A stretch of 64,000 nucleotides of DNA from Opitutaceae bacterium (GCA_051252375.1 JBPOFY010000006.1:32001-96000), one strand, 5' to 3'; positions 26,464 to 37,039 are shown, counted from the first letter of the stretch. Made by a program: numbers and translations. The notes: generated from the sequence alone by a model not told the origin.

Positions 26464-27225
26464 ATGAGTAAGATTTTCTATGTTTTCGTGTTTTTATGGG
26501 TTTCAGGGCAGATGCTGTCTGCTGAAACTTGGACGCTTGAAAGCAAAGATGGACGCTCGATTGAGGTAGATTATCTTTTCTACGACGGTGTCGATCTGAC
26601 TATTCAGAGGGTTGGGGACTACAGGAAAATCAATCTCACCCCAGATCAACTTTCAGCAAAATCCTGGAAGAATATCGAAAAAGAGTTCTCTGCGAAGGCT
26701 GCTATCGAACTTGAAGTGACGAGACAGACCAAGACTTCGACAGCAACTGAGCGCGAAAATCATGACAGTTATTACACCACTACACGTAAGGAAACTGCGA
26801 AAATTAATCGATTTATCATCGAGCTCAGTTCTTCATCTTACTTTAATTCAAAAGTAACGATTGAGTATTTCATATTCGTAGATGGCGAAGTCGAGTATGG
26901 TCGTATTCCGGCGGAATTATCGATGAGGAAGCCATTTGAAACTCAAGTGGAGAAGACCTTGGCGAGCACGTCTTACAAATCATCTTTTAGTGATTACGGG
27001 ACTTTTTACTCAAGTTCTTCAGGTGATAGTAGTGCGAGTATCGGTGTGATCTTGCACAATGCTGAGGGCGATGAAATCGAAGATTACGCTTCTTCTGAAA
27101 AGCTCAAAGAGCACATGCATAGCATCAAGCATAAGCTTAGAGATAGTTACAAACCGCCAGCCAAGCCGAAGCCTAGCAAGTCGGATCAGAGAATTAAGAA
27201 CAACGATTCATTCAAGATAGAGTAG
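26464..27225 (+). CDS. Hypothetical exported protein
   Basis: Signal peptide followed by WT...DGRSIE (SHD1-like start). Confidence 0.7.
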   Translation: MSKIFYVFVFLWVSGQMLSAETWTLESKDGRSIEVDYLFYDGVDLTIQRVGDYRKINLTPDQLSAKSWKNIEKEFSAKAAIELEVTRQTKTSTATERENHDSYYTTTRKETAKINRFIIELSSSSYFNSKVTIEYFIFVDGEVEYGRIPAELSMRKPFETQVEKTLASTSYKSSFSDYGTFYSSSSGDSSASIGVILHNAEGDEIEDYASSEKLKEHMHSIKHKLRDSYKPPAKPKPSKSDQRIKNNDSFKIE

Positions 27226-27303
27226 GATCTCCTCAGTTAGTTCTGAGGTGGGATAGTTCTTTTTGCGCCTTGTATTTTTTATAAGGGAAGCAAAGAAAGA
27301 GTG

Positions 27304-28716
27304 ATGCGGATTTATTTTATGGGGATCTGTGGCACGGCCATGGGCAATGCGGCATTATTGCTTAAAGAGCAAGGGCATGACGTGTTTGGAGCAGACGCCG
27401 GCATTTATCCGCCGATGAGCGATGTCTTGGCCGATGCTGGCATTGAAGTATTCGACGGTTTTGATGCGAGTCGTCTAGCCGGTCTTCAACCCGATCGAGT
27501 CGTGGTCGGGAATGCGATGAGCCGTGGGAATGTCGAGGTGGAGTGGTTGCTCAATCAATCGGAAGTGTCATTTGTATCTCTGCCTCAGTTATTTCACGAC
27601 ACAGTGCTCGCTGGTCGTTGCCCTGTGGTTATCAGCGGCACGCATGGTAAGACGACGACTTCCACACTGACTGCTTTCTTACTGGATGCGGCTGGTGCTC
27701 AACCCGGTTGGTTGATTGGCGGGATCCCGCATGATTTACCGGGTGGTGCAAAGCTAGGAGAGGGCGCACCGTTTGTGATCGAAGGCGATGAGTATGACTC
27801 CGCATTTTTCGATAAGCGCAGTAAATTTATCCATTATAGGCCTCAAGTAGCGGTCCTCAATAATCTGGAATTCGATCATGCAGATATCTTTCGCGATCTC
27901 GCAGATGTGAAACGCACCTTCAGCCATTTTCTACGAATTATTCCGAGCGCGGGCTATGCGTTGATCAATGGTGATGATGCCAACCTGATGTCGCTATTAC
28001 CCGTTTCTTGGACGCAAGTGGTGACTGTGGGGCAGGGCGAAGCAAATGATCTTCGCATCGTGGACTTTAAAGACGGAGCCGAGGGCGCGTCCTTTGACTT
28101 GCTCTGGAAAGGTCAGCGTTGGACGACTGTCCGTTGGTCGATGCATGGGCTCTTCAATGCGCGCAACGCTGCTATGGCCGCACTTGCAGCGGCATTGGCT
28201 ACTGGATTAAGTTGTCCGACGGAGTTTGATCTGAGTGCTTTATCTCGTTTTCAAGGTGTGAAGCGTCGACAAGATGTGCTACATGCCGACGAAAATTGGA
28301 CGGTGATAGAAGATTTCGCGCATCACCCAACCGCGGTCGCGGGTGCACTAGAAGCCCTTCGCGCGGCATATCCGGACCGACCATTGCTTGCATGTTTCGA
28401 GCCTCGAAGTAACACCGCCGCGAGTTCGCTGTTTCAATCTGCCTTCACTGAAGCCTTATCCGGAGCCGATTCCATTTATCTAGGAGCGGTGCATCGTGCG
28501 GATCGCATGCTTCCTGAGGAGCGATTGGACACCGTAAAAATGGTATCTGAGCTTCAAGGAGAAGGGCGCCAAGCATCTGCTTTTTCAAGTAACGCTCTGA
28601 TGTTGGATCAATTACATGCTGATATCGAGCAAGGGGCAGGTGGTTTAGTGGTCTTTTTTAGCAATGGTTCCTTCGATGGTGTGCAGGCAAAATTGGTTAA
28701 ATTACTGGCTAAATAG
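27304..28716 (+). CDS. mpl: Murein peptide ligase (Mur ligase family)
   Basis: GICGTAMG, GTHGKTTT, EGDEYDSAFFDKRSKF, DFAHHPT. Confidence 0.93.
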   Translation: MRIYFMGICGTAMGNAALLLKEQGHDVFGADAGIYPPMSDVLADAGIEVFDGFDASRLAGLQPDRVVVGNAMSRGNVEVEWLLNQSEVSFVSLPQLFHDTVLAGRCPVVISGTHGKTTTSTLTAFLLDAAGAQPGWLIGGIPHDLPGGAKLGEGAPFVIEGDEYDSAFFDKRSKFIHYRPQVAVLNNLEFDHADIFRDLADVKRTFSHFLRIIPSAGYALINGDDANLMSLLPVSWTQVVTVGQGEANDLRIVDFKDGAEGASFDLLWKGQRWTTVRWSMHGLFNARNAAMAALAAALATGLSCPTEFDLSALSRFQGVKRRQDVLHADENWTVIEDFAHHPTAVAGALEALRAAYPDRPLLACFEPRSNTAASSLFQSAFTEALSGADSIYLGAVHRADRMLPEERLDTVKMVSELQGEGRQASAFSSNALMLDQLHADIEQGAGGLVVFFSNGSFDGVQAKLVKLLAK

Positions 28717-28792
28717 GGGCCATTGAAAAAATGTAAAAAACTCAGTTGACGAGTGCCCCAGTCGCACACTTAATTCCGCCTTTCTCAAATGA

Positions 28793-28868
<76 letters not shown>

Positions 28869-28872
28869 TTTG

Positions 28873-28898
28873 AAAGCCCGCTTCGGCGGGCTTTTTTT
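28873..28898 (+). terminator. Intrinsic terminator after tRNA-Phe (second copy at about 29017-29043)
   Basis: AAAGCCCGC-TTCG-GCGGGCTTTTTTT. Confidence 0.9.
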
Positions 28899-29111
28899 GT
28901 GTTCGTCCCAGTGGCTGCGCCACTCCCGCAGCTTCGCCGCTCACGAATCGTTGATTGTTCGTCCTGCGGACTTCACGCAAGTGCGTTGCACTTAGTCTGG
29001 GTCCGGCCACTATTTGAAAAGCCCGCTTCGGCGGGCTTTTTTTATGTCAGGACCAGTGGTTGCGCCGTTCCGAGTGGCACTACCTTAAGAGGACAAACCT
29101 AACTATTTGCT

Positions 29112-29209
29112 GACGCTAAAGGTAGGGACGCCTGCCCTCAGGCGTCCGAGGTTGAAGAAAATGTCAGCGGACGCCTAGGGGCAGGCGTCCCTACCAAATA
29201 CGCTCATAT
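29112..29209. repeat. REP doublet (REPIN-like), paralogous to 13721-13816
   Basis: GACGCTAAAG GTAGGGACGCCTGCCCTCAGGCGTCCG...CGGACGCCTAGGGGCAGGCGTCCCTACC AAATACGC. Confidence 0.8.
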
Positions 29210-29328
29210 ATACATTAATTCTTCCTTAAGGCCGTGCCATTCGCGTCACTCTCTCGCTCCGCGCCTACGATGCTAGTGAGGCGGCTACATTTTAAATGCC
29301 GTCACTCTAGATGCGGAATACCACTGAC

Positions 29329-29658
29329 TTATGCTTCTTGGATTTGCCAGTTGCGGGCGTTGACTTTGTCAATTTCGCCGTGGGAGAGTTCTAGCCAGAG
29401 TTCCAAGGAGGCTTTGCGTGAGACGCCTTTCATGAACCTAGGTGCTTCGTCTTTTTGATCGAGGTTTTCGAAACTGATGATTCCACGGGGATAGACAGTC
29501 AGCATCCAGCCGCTGAAATCGTGTATGAGTGAAACGTCGGGGTGCGCGGTCTCGGTGATGTCAATGTCGTCTAGCTCGTCCAGCAACTCACGCATACGTG
29601 CTTCACTGGGATTGATCTCGGTGATGCCGTCGGCGTCAGTCGTGTGATATAACTCCAT
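29329..29658 (-). CDS. Hypothetical protein
   Basis: 109-aa ORF co-oriented downstream of argA. Confidence 0.7.
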   Translation of the reverse strand: MELYHTTDADGITEINPSEARMRELLDELDDIDITETAHPDVSLIHDFSGWMLTVYPRGIISFENLDQKDEAPRFMKGVSRKASLELWLELSHGEIDKVNARNWQIQEA

Positions 29659-29686
29659 GGCATTCTTTTATTAAGAACGTTGAGGC

Positions 29687-30994
29687 TTATAAATCGCGAT
29701 AGAGGATTTTTGAGTTCCGTCCGTTGGCGGTATAATCCTCTTTGCGTTCTTTCGGAAGATCGTTGATGTCGCCTTCGCTGAATTCGCAGACCTTGGTGAA
29801 GAAATTGGACGATTGCGTGGTCAAGGCGATCACGCGCTTGGCTTTCCGACGCTCAGCTTCGGCGCAGGCATATTTGACCATCTTACGACCGACGCCTCTG
29901 TTTTGATAAAAGGGTTGGACGTAAACACTGCCGACTTCGACTACGGCGCCATCGTCGTAGGTTTGCAAGTTGACGCATGCCACGATACTGCCGTCGATTT
30001 CGTAAACGAGGAAGTCTTCAATCGAGGCTTCGATTGATTCTTTGGAGCGGTCGCGAAGAGTTGCGGAGCGCACGCCGTTACGAGTGATGTTGTAGATGGA
30101 ATAAGCGTCCGCGGGAATCGCTTGGCGTATGGATTGATAGTCATTGCTATAAACCATTGTGCCAATACCGACCTTGTCGAAGATCTCATTGAGGAGTGCG
30201 CCAAAGACCCGTCCATCGAGAATGTGTGCTCGTGGGGTGCCGGCATTGATTGCTTTGACGGCATGTTGCACTTTGCTGAGCAGTCGCTCGGGGATGTTTT
30301 CGATGCCTGCTTCGAGAAGTGTTTCGAGTTCGGCGACTGGGATATTCGTCAATGGTGCACCATGGAGCTTTAGCCCATCCTGGGTGGTCATATAAATCAA
30401 CTTTGAGGCGTTGAGTTTTGACGCCAGTTCAGCGGCAAGATGATCCGAGTTGAGTCTGAGTGACGCGCCGTCGCGGTTGAAGGCGATCGGTGCTGCCACT
30501 GGGATGGTCTTGGAGTCGAGTAACTGCTTGAAGAGGGTGATGTCGAGCTTGTCGACTTTGCCACTCTGTAGTTGGTCGACACCTTTAACGATACCTACCT
30601 CGGTGCTGCGCACGCCATTGCAGGTCGCGCAACGAAGCGCGTTGCGGCTGAGACCTTGCATGATCGAAAGCGTGACTCTGGCGGAGGCTTCTGTTGCGAG
30701 TTCGAGTGTTTGTGCATCAGTTGCACCTTCTCCGTGTGGATTGGTGATTTCGATGCCGCGTGTTTCCGCCATGTTTCGGAGCTGCAGCCCTGCGCCGTGC
30801 ACGAGCACGACGTGGATGTTGAGCGATCGAAGCACAGCGATATCTAGGAGCACATTCTGAAAGTTTTCATGCGCGACAAGGCTGCCATCGATTGCGATGA
30901 CAAAGATTTGCTCCCGAAACATGGGGACATACTTCAAGATGCCCCTCAGATCTGTGGGTTTGATGGTGTTTTCGCTGATGCTGTTGTCGGCCAT
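29687..30994 (-). CDS. argA: Amino-acid N-acetyltransferase (N-acetylglutamate synthase)
   Basis: Amino-acid-kinase-like domain (VLVHGAG) + C-terminal GNAT (YQNRGVG, RNSKI). Confidence 0.9.
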   Translation of the reverse strand: MADNSISENTIKPTDLRGILKYVPMFREQIFVIAIDGSLVAHENFQNVLLDIAVLRSLNIHVVLVHGAGLQLRNMAETRGIEITNPHGEGATDAQTLELATEASARVTLSIMQGLSRNALRCATCNGVRSTEVGIVKGVDQLQSGKVDKLDITLFKQLLDSKTIPVAAPIAFNRDGASLRLNSDHLAAELASKLNASKLIYMTTQDGLKLHGAPLTNIPVAELETLLEAGIENIPERLLSKVQHAVKAINAGTPRAHILDGRVFGALLNEIFDKVGIGTMVYSNDYQSIRQAIPADAYSIYNITRNGVRSATLRDRSKESIEASIEDFLVYEIDGSIVACVNLQTYDDGAVVEVGSVYVQPFYQNRGVGRKMVKYACAEAERRKAKRVIALTTQSSNFFTKVCEFSEGDINDLPKERKEDYTANGRNSKILYRDL

Positions 30995-31108
30995 AGTTAT
31001 GCTGCCTACTGTGTAATATTGATGCGTGCTTGCAAGGAGTGTTTTGAGGGATGCTGCGGGATGATTTACGTGGTAATCATGCTGGGATTTGGTTTGCTTG
31101 TGCTGACA

Positions 31109-32047
31109 ATGCCGACCGATCCGTTAGATAAGATTCCAAAAACTTTTGCCGAGCCGGTAGAAAGCTTTCTGGGTTGGCTGGAGTTGGAACGTGGGCTTTC
31201 GAAGAATACGATTTCATCTTACGCAAGTGATTTAGTGCAGTGCGCTACGTTTCTAAAGCAGGAGGGCGTCGCCGATTGGCAGGCTGTATCCGAGAGCTCT
31301 GTCAGTGCTTGGACCGCGCATCTAAGTCGAAAAGATTATGCGAGGACTAGTCAGGCGCGTAAATTGTCAGCCTTGCGGATGTTTGCTAAGCATCTTGTCC
31401 GGGAGAATATGCGAAAGGATGACTTCACCGAACTCTTGGGTGCGCCAAAGCTTTCTCGGAAGTTGCCGGAGGTGCTGACTCGTGAAGAAGTGGAGCGCTT
31501 ACTCAATGCGCCTGCGCAGACGACGCCACACGGTTTGCGGGATCGGGCGATCTTGGAGTTGTTTTATAGTAGCGGCCTGCGTGTCTCTGAACTGTGCGGT
31601 ATCCTGTTTCAGAATATTGATTTGGATGAAGGCTATGTGCGCGTATTTGGAAAAGGTTCAAAGGAGCGCATCGCGCCAATCGGCAGCGCAGCGATTAAGG
31701 CAGTTCGTGACTATGTGGCAGCGGGCCGCCCACAATTTATAAAAGCTAAAACCGGCAGTGAATTGTTTCTCAGTCAACAAGGACGAGCGATCTCGCGGAA
31801 GATGGTTTGGGTGTTGATCAAAGGTTATGCGGCTAAGGCTGGCATTGAAAAACCGATCAAGCCACACTTGTTGCGACATTCTTTTGCCACTCATTTACTC
31901 GAGGGTGGCGCGGATCTAAGAGCGATTCAAGAGATGCTCGGACATTCTGATATTTCGACAACACAGATCTATACCTCTGTTCAAGCAGCGCGCCTAGCGG
32001 ATGAGCATGCGCTGTATCATCCCAGATCAAAGCAAGGGAGCGACTAG
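31109..32047 (+). CDS. xerD: Site-specific tyrosine recombinase XerD
   Basis: LERGLSKNT, RDRAILELFYSSGLRVSEL, GKGSKER, PHLLRHSFATHLL, LGHSDISTTQIY. Confidence 0.9.
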   Translation: MPTDPLDKIPKTFAEPVESFLGWLELERGLSKNTISSYASDLVQCATFLKQEGVADWQAVSESSVSAWTAHLSRKDYARTSQARKLSALRMFAKHLVRENMRKDDFTELLGAPKLSRKLPEVLTREEVERLLNAPAQTTPHGLRDRAILELFYSSGLRVSELCGILFQNIDLDEGYVRVFGKGSKERIAPIGSAAIKAVRDYVAAGRPQFIKAKTGSELFLSQQGRAISRKMVWVLIKGYAAKAGIEKPIKPHLLRHSFATHLLEGGADLRAIQEMLGHSDISTTQIYTSVQAARLADEHALYHPRSKQGSD

Positions 32048-33487
32048 GTGCACGAAGTCCTGTGCGAACTTGGAAGGCATCAGGTCTGAATTTTCTAGAG
32101 CTTCCTCGTAAGTGATGCAGTCAGCCAACAACTTATTGGACCAGCCGGTCAGCTGCCCAATGTCTTTGCTAGAATAATGGAAGAGCCCGATCTCGTAGTT
32201 TACGAAAAGTGAGCGCATATCGATATTGGCAGAACCGATGAGCCCGATCTGACCATCGGCTAGAATCAATTTCGCATGAATCATGCGGGGTTTATAAAGC
32301 AGAATTTCAACGCCCGCCTCATGCAGTTTATGTAGATAGGTGTAACGTGCGATATCGGCGAGTCGTTGATTTGATTTCAACGGCATGATCAACCGTATGT
32401 GGCGTCCTGTATGTGCTTTCACTATCAGAGAACGAAACAGAACTTCATCGGGAATGAAGTAGGGGGTGATGATGGTAAGGCTTTGCTTGAACTCCTGGAT
32501 GATACGGAGGATCTGCTCCCAGAGCGGGTCGTCCGGCATGTCGGGACCGCTGGCGATAACTTCGATGGTGCTGTCGCCAGCTTCATCAGGGCGGTAGCGA
32601 AGGATCTCTTTAAACAGTGAAGGGGATTGCTTCGCGGCGAAGGCCCAGTCGGCGATGAAGGTTCGATTCAAATCCGCAACTGCCGGGCCGTGCGTGACCA
32701 CACTAAAGTCGACGAAGCGATCAGCGTCTGGTTCCGCACCGATGAAGCGCAGGTCGATATTTTGCCCACCAGTGATCGCCCTGGCATTATCGAAGATCGC
32801 GATCTTGCGATGGTTGCGCAGGTTTGAAGAAGTCTGTGTCTGTATCGGTAAGACGGGCATGAACATCGCCACTTCCGCTCCCGCCTGTCGCAATCGGTGG
32901 CGTGAAGCGCGCGTTTGATTCCAGCTCCCCAGTGAGTCCAATAACAGGCGGACCGCGACACCTTCGCGGGCACGTTTGATCAGTAGGTCAACGATCGCTA
33001 GCCCGGTTTCGTCCTTGCTCAAAATGTAGGTGGCAATGTGGATGGTGTGCTCGGCTTGTTCGATTTCCTGACAAAGTCGCTGGAAAGCGATTTCACCGTC
33101 CGGCAGCAATTGAAAGTGATTGCCGTGCGTGACCATGCCGCGGCCCTCGCATGCCATGATGTCGTGAGCGCAGGCACTGCCCACTTCGTCGTTGATCAGC
33201 GCTTGAGCCTCGCGTGCGACTTCGAGTTTTATTCGGGTATTTTTCCGGCTTTTACGCCCACCAAACATGAAATAGAGTGGCACGCCGATGAGCGGTGAAA
33301 ACAGCACGAGTAGCAACCAAGCAAAGAAATTGCTTGGAGAGCGCTTCTCCGTAAAGGCTCGACGAATAATCAGTAGACCGAGGACAAAGCCTACGATGGC
33401 AAAGATATTGGTGAAGAAAAACGCGCCTCCCGCGAGCACCCAGGAAGCAAATGGTTCAAGCAAATGAGTCTCTAACCAATTCCACAT
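32027..33487 (-). CDS. cls: Cardiolipin synthase (PLD family)
   Basis: Two HKD motifs (RNHRKIAIFD, HAKLILAD), N-terminal TMs. Confidence 0.88.
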   Translation of the reverse strand: MWNWLETHLLEPFASWVLAGGAFFFTNIFAIVGFVLGLLIIRRAFTEKRSPSNFFAWLLLVLFSPLIGVPLYFMFGGRKSRKNTRIKLEVAREAQALINDEVGSACAHDIMACEGRGMVTHGNHFQLLPDGEIAFQRLCQEIEQAEHTIHIATYILSKDETGLAIVDLLIKRAREGVAVRLLLDSLGSWNQTRASRHRLRQAGAEVAMFMPVLPIQTQTSSNLRNHRKIAIFDNARAITGGQNIDLRFIGAEPDADRFVDFSVVTHGPAVADLNRTFIADWAFAAKQSPSLFKEILRYRPDEAGDSTIEVIASGPDMPDDPLWEQILRIIQEFKQSLTIITPYFIPDEVLFRSLIVKAHTGRHIRLIMPLKSNQRLADIARYTYLHKLHEAGVEILLYKPRMIHAKLILADGQIGLIGSANIDMRSLFVNYEIGLFHYSSKDIGQLTGWSNKLLADCITYEEALENSDLMPSKFAQDFVHLVAPLL

Positions 33488-33557
33488 GTTTACAGGCTAT
33501 AGTGTATTTCCCAAGGGTTCAATCTTTCGTGCCCAACATTTCATCGCTAGCTGATTT

Positions 33558-33981
33558 GTAGCCACGGCAGTCTCCTGACCTGAGCTTGTCGAAGGTCTAC
33601 CGTGTTTCCAGTTCCTATGTTGTAGGCACGGCAGTCTCTGCCGTGTTTCCAGAGCCTACGTCTCGGATAAGCTGTGTTCGGTTCAAACGGACACGTCACA
33701 GAGTGACGTGGCTACATCAACATGGAAAACCCACAAGCGTATGGCGGACGTATGAAACACGTCCCTCCAGCCTATGTTGTAGCCACGGCAGTCTCTGCCG
33801 TGTTTCCAGAGCCTACGTCTCGGATATGCTGTGTTCGGTTCAAACGGACACGTCACAGAGTGACGTGGCTACACAATTAGTATATTTGCATGTAAGGGAT
33901 CATCGCAGTCTATGTTGTAGCCACGGCAGTCACCTGCCGTGTTTCCTTCGAGGTGTTCACGTCACAGAGTGACGTGGCTAC
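33558..33981. repeat. BIME-like array of two alternating REP types
   Basis: GTAGCCACGGCAGTCTCTGCCGTG x4 and CACGTCACAGAGTGACGTGGCTAC x3; two internal units of about 95 bp are nearly identical. Confidence 0.9.
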
Positions 33982-34101
33982 AGCATTCGTCTAATTTATC
34001 ATCTGCAACTGATCCGTAGCTTTTTTTATCTTCGACGAATCCGTGGTTGTCCGTTTTAGGAAAATGCCTACTATAGCCCATTCACTCAATTTTTTATCTC
34101 A

Positions 34102-34869
34102 ATGACATCAGACGCACAACCGAACCCCGGACAATCACAACAAATCAATCTCCAGCAGATTGCACAGCAATTCATGGTCGGCCTCCAACGTCACTTTGAC
34201 ATGCTGGCCTTTAACTTGGCTGCACGCGAATCCGTGCGGGAGAATGATTACAATGACCGTTGCAATGCGCCGCGCATCATGCCGGCAGCACCACGCCACC
34301 AGAATTTCGAGCAAATGCAGGCTTACGCCCGCGATCTGTTGATTCGTCAGGTCATAGGCGATTGCATGAACCTAGCGGTCACCGGGATGAATAATGCCCA
34401 TTTCTTCCTCGCACTGGTCAAGGCAACGAATGCCAGCGCTGAAGTCTCTCCGGAATCGCAGAAAGCGGCACAAACCTCACAGCAATCCTTCATGCCTGCT
34501 CAGCTAGATGAGAAGTTCAATCGTCTCGAAAAGGAATACGGCATCATGTGTGAGCTGGAAGACACGATTGTTTCGCTCGGCTTCACTATGCAGGCACTCA
34601 TGCAACAAGGTGGTATCGTTAAAGCACCACAGTTGGATGATTCCGGTGAACTGGTGATCGAACTAAAGACGGTCCAGATTCTTGAGAAGAATAACGGGCA
34701 AGGCAAATCGGTTGGTAAGCTGGTTGATCATCGCAAAGTCTTTCGCGAAGGCGATGTCCTTGCTTTCAGCGACGTCGAACTTCAGTTGATTCTCGTCACC
34801 ATCGCCGCTTTTGCCGATGCACTCTTCAAGTCCGTGGCAACTTACGCCAAGTCTGTCAAAGAAGGCTAG
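34102..34869 (+). CDS. Hypothetical protein
   Basis: 255-aa ORF with host-like composition. Confidence 0.75.
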   Translation: MTSDAQPNPGQSQQINLQQIAQQFMVGLQRHFDMLAFNLAARESVRENDYNDRCNAPRIMPAAPRHQNFEQMQAYARDLLIRQVIGDCMNLAVTGMNNAHFFLALVKATNASAEVSPESQKAAQTSQQSFMPAQLDEKFNRLEKEYGIMCELEDTIVSLGFTMQALMQQGGIVKAPQLDDSGELVIELKTVQILEKNNGQGKSVGKLVDHRKVFREGDVLAFSDVELQLILVTIAAFADALFKSVATYAKSVKEG

Positions 34870-34964
34870 GAACTGCTCGCTTTGCGAGCAGAGTGGGGAG
34901 TTCGAAGTCGGCAGTTAGGTGTCAGTATCCAGATCCCGTATCTCATATAACGTATCCCAATCCC

Positions 34965-35756
34965 GTGCCTCGAATAGCTGACAAACTTCGTATATTGACA
35001 CTCAATATCGCGCATGGGCGCGGGCTGTCGACGTATCAGGGGTTTCATACCGCGAAAGGGATTGAGCGTAACTTGAGTCGGATCGCGAAACTGTTGCGAC
35101 GAATCGGTCCTGATATTGTCGCGCTTCAAGAAGTCGACGAAGACTCGCATTGGAACAAGCGCATTCATCTTCTAGATTTCCTCAAAGAAGAAGCAGGTTT
35201 TGCTCACAGTCAGATGGGGATCAATACCCGCCGGGAAGGGCGCTTACCTTTGTCCTATGGCAACGGAGTGCTCTCTCAGTTCCCGATCGAGCATGCCGAC
35301 AACCAAGCCTTTGGCGAAGCCACACTAGGTGAAAAAGGCTTTCTCTATACCGAACACACATTACCCCATGGGCATCTGCCGGTGGTGAACTTACACCTTG
35401 ATTATAAATCGCGGGTGCGCCGCATCGAACAGGTTGAGCGATTGATTGCCTATCTAGACGAGCGTCACAATGAGAAGGGGATGGAGAGTTATTTCTCGCC
35501 GATTATTTGTGGCGACTTTAATAGCCGCGATCGCAAGCCGAACGATGCCGTCCGTCATCTTTTCAGCTATCTTGAAAAGCAGTGTGAATATCAATTATAC
35601 CCCATCGGAGGCCGCACCTTTCCCTCATTGTTACCCACTCATGGATTGGACTTCATCTTTGTCCCGCCTAGTTATACCGTGCGTCGCTGCAAAGTCCTCC
35701 GCGCCTATGTCAGTGATCATTGCCCGGTATTAATTGACCTAGAGATTCGGGAGTGA
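34965..35756 (+). CDS. Endonuclease/exonuclease/phosphatase (EEP) family protein
   Basis: TLNI, DIVALQEVD, ICGDFN, LDFIF, SDHCP; GTG start inferred. Confidence 0.88.
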   Translation: MPRIADKLRILTLNIAHGRGLSTYQGFHTAKGIERNLSRIAKLLRRIGPDIVALQEVDEDSHWNKRIHLLDFLKEEAGFAHSQMGINTRREGRLPLSYGNGVLSQFPIEHADNQAFGEATLGEKGFLYTEHTLPHGHLPVVNLHLDYKSRVRRIEQVERLIAYLDERHNEKGMESYFSPIICGDFNSRDRKPNDAVRHLFSYLEKQCEYQLYPIGGRTFPSLLPTHGLDFIFVPPSYTVRRCKVLRAYVSDHCPVLIDLEIRE

Positions 35757-35889
35757 TGAGTGATGCTGAATTCTGGATATGGGATGCCAGGCACTGAATC
35801 GTTTCTGTGATTTCAATGTTCGACGTTGGACGTTCGATCTTATTATTTCATCATCACTCATTTCCCATCACCCATTACCTATTACTACA

Positions 35890-36333
35890 ATGTTCCGCTA
35901 CACCATCATCGCCATTGGTCGGATGAAGAACCGTTCCCTCGCGGCGCTCTGCGATGATTTTTCGAAGCGTTTGAAACGCACGGGTAATTTCGAGTTGGTT
36001 GAACTTAAAGACGGCGACATCGAGAGCGAAGGGCAACGAATACTCGAAGCCTTGGATAAGCGCAAAGACTCCCGCGTCTATGCGATGGCAGAAGAAGGCA
36101 AAACCAGGACCTCTGCGAAATTAGCACAGGAACTGTTTCAGCTACAAGGTCAGCACGCGATTTTCATCATCGGTGGCGCGTATGGACTCAGTCCCGAAGT
36201 CAAAGCCCGAGCCGACGTCCTACTCGCGTTATCACCGCTCACCTTTACTCACGAAATCGCCCGTATGTTACTCTGCGAGCAATTGTATCGCGTCGTCTCG
36301 ATCAACACCGGATCAAAGTATCACCACGAGTGA
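35890..36333 (+). CDS. rlmH: 23S rRNA pseudouridine-1915 N3-methyltransferase
   Basis: FIIGGAYG, LSPLTFTH, EQLYR, YHH SPOUT motifs. Confidence 0.92.
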   Translation: MFRYTIIAIGRMKNRSLAALCDDFSKRLKRTGNFELVELKDGDIESEGQRILEALDKRKDSRVYAMAEEGKTRTSAKLAQELFQLQGQHAIFIIGGAYGLSPEVKARADVLLALSPLTFTHEIARMLLCEQLYRVVSINTGSKYHHE

Positions 36334-36342
36334 GTCTTTGAA

Positions 36343-36585
36343 GAGGAGTTAGGAGCGAGGAGTTAGAAGTTAGGCAATGTTGCTGGAGGGACGCGTTTCA
36401 CGCGTCCGCTTTCTTGCCCTACACATCCCCGAAGCTGAGCTTCGAGGCTACTTCAATCTGAACTGAGCCCGCCCGTAGCCTCGTTGCTCAGCAACGGGGT
36501 AGATCGAACCAAACTGCCTCATTCAATTCGTCCCGTTTGGTCGAACCATTTAAAACCTAACTCCTAACTTCTGCCTTCTAACTCC
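36343..36585. repeat. Inverted pair of AGGAGTT-type heptamer arrays enclosing REP-like hairpins
   Basis: GAGGAGT TAGGAGC GAGGAGT TAGAAGT TAGG ... CCTAACT CCTAACT TCTGCCT TCTAACT CCT. Confidence 0.7.
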
Positions 36586-37039
36586 TATTTATAATCGTGA
36601 GTCCTCTGAGGAAATTGCGCAGAAACTGGTCGCGACACTCCATGTAATGCCTGTGCGTAGGCGCACGGAAGAGGGCGGTTATTTCACTTTTTGAGACTAA
36701 AAAACCTGCACTTTTCATTGTCTCCACCACATCGGTATCTCTCATTTCAAAGGCGATGCGCAGTTTTCGAAGGATCATATTATTATCGATCGAAGACGTT
36801 GATATTTTTTTAGCTGGTCCATCGCTCGGTCCACGGCGTTCCAAAATCAGGCCATCTAAAAATGCGTGAATTGTTTTTACCGGGCATGCCGCGTATCCTT
36901 CATCCTCTTCATTCTTGAGGAGATCCACCACCTCGAGGACAGAAATTTCAATGCCACCTGCTTTGATCAGCTCGACGACTTCTTTGTTTTTAATTTCAAG
37001 CGTGTAGCGCACACTTTTCATTACTTCGTTGTTTGTCAT
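36578..37039 (-). CDS. DUF1456 (YehS-like) protein
   Basis: MTNN...RYTL, FLDGLI..RRG, NNMILRKLRIAF, CRDQFLRNFL. Confidence 0.85.
   Translation of the reverse strand: MTNNEVMKSVRYTLEIKNKEVVELIKAGGIEISVLEVVDLLKNEEDEGYAACPVKTIHAFLDGLILERRGPSDGPAKKISTSSIDNNMILRKLRIAFEMRDTDVVETMKSAGFLVSKSEITALFRAPTHRHYMECRDQFLRNFLRGLTIINRS

Noticed and set aside
30869..31108. N-terminal extensions in the track for xerD, and likewise leuB, alaS, rlmH, EEP and GIY-YIG
   Set aside because: They overlap neighbouring genes or repeats; family-typical starts lie downstream
31109..32047. Phage or integron integrase
   Set aside because: Typical XerD sequence among housekeeping genes; no IntI-specific insertion evident
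33586..33972. 128-aa ORF over the REP array, and ORFs at 38482-38817 and 38532-38738 over heptamer arrays
   Set aside because: Translations simply reflect repeat DNA
33558..33981. Possible CRISPR array
   Set aside because: Repeats alternate in orientation, intervening sequence is itself duplicated, spacing is irregular and there are no cas genes; fits REP/BIME
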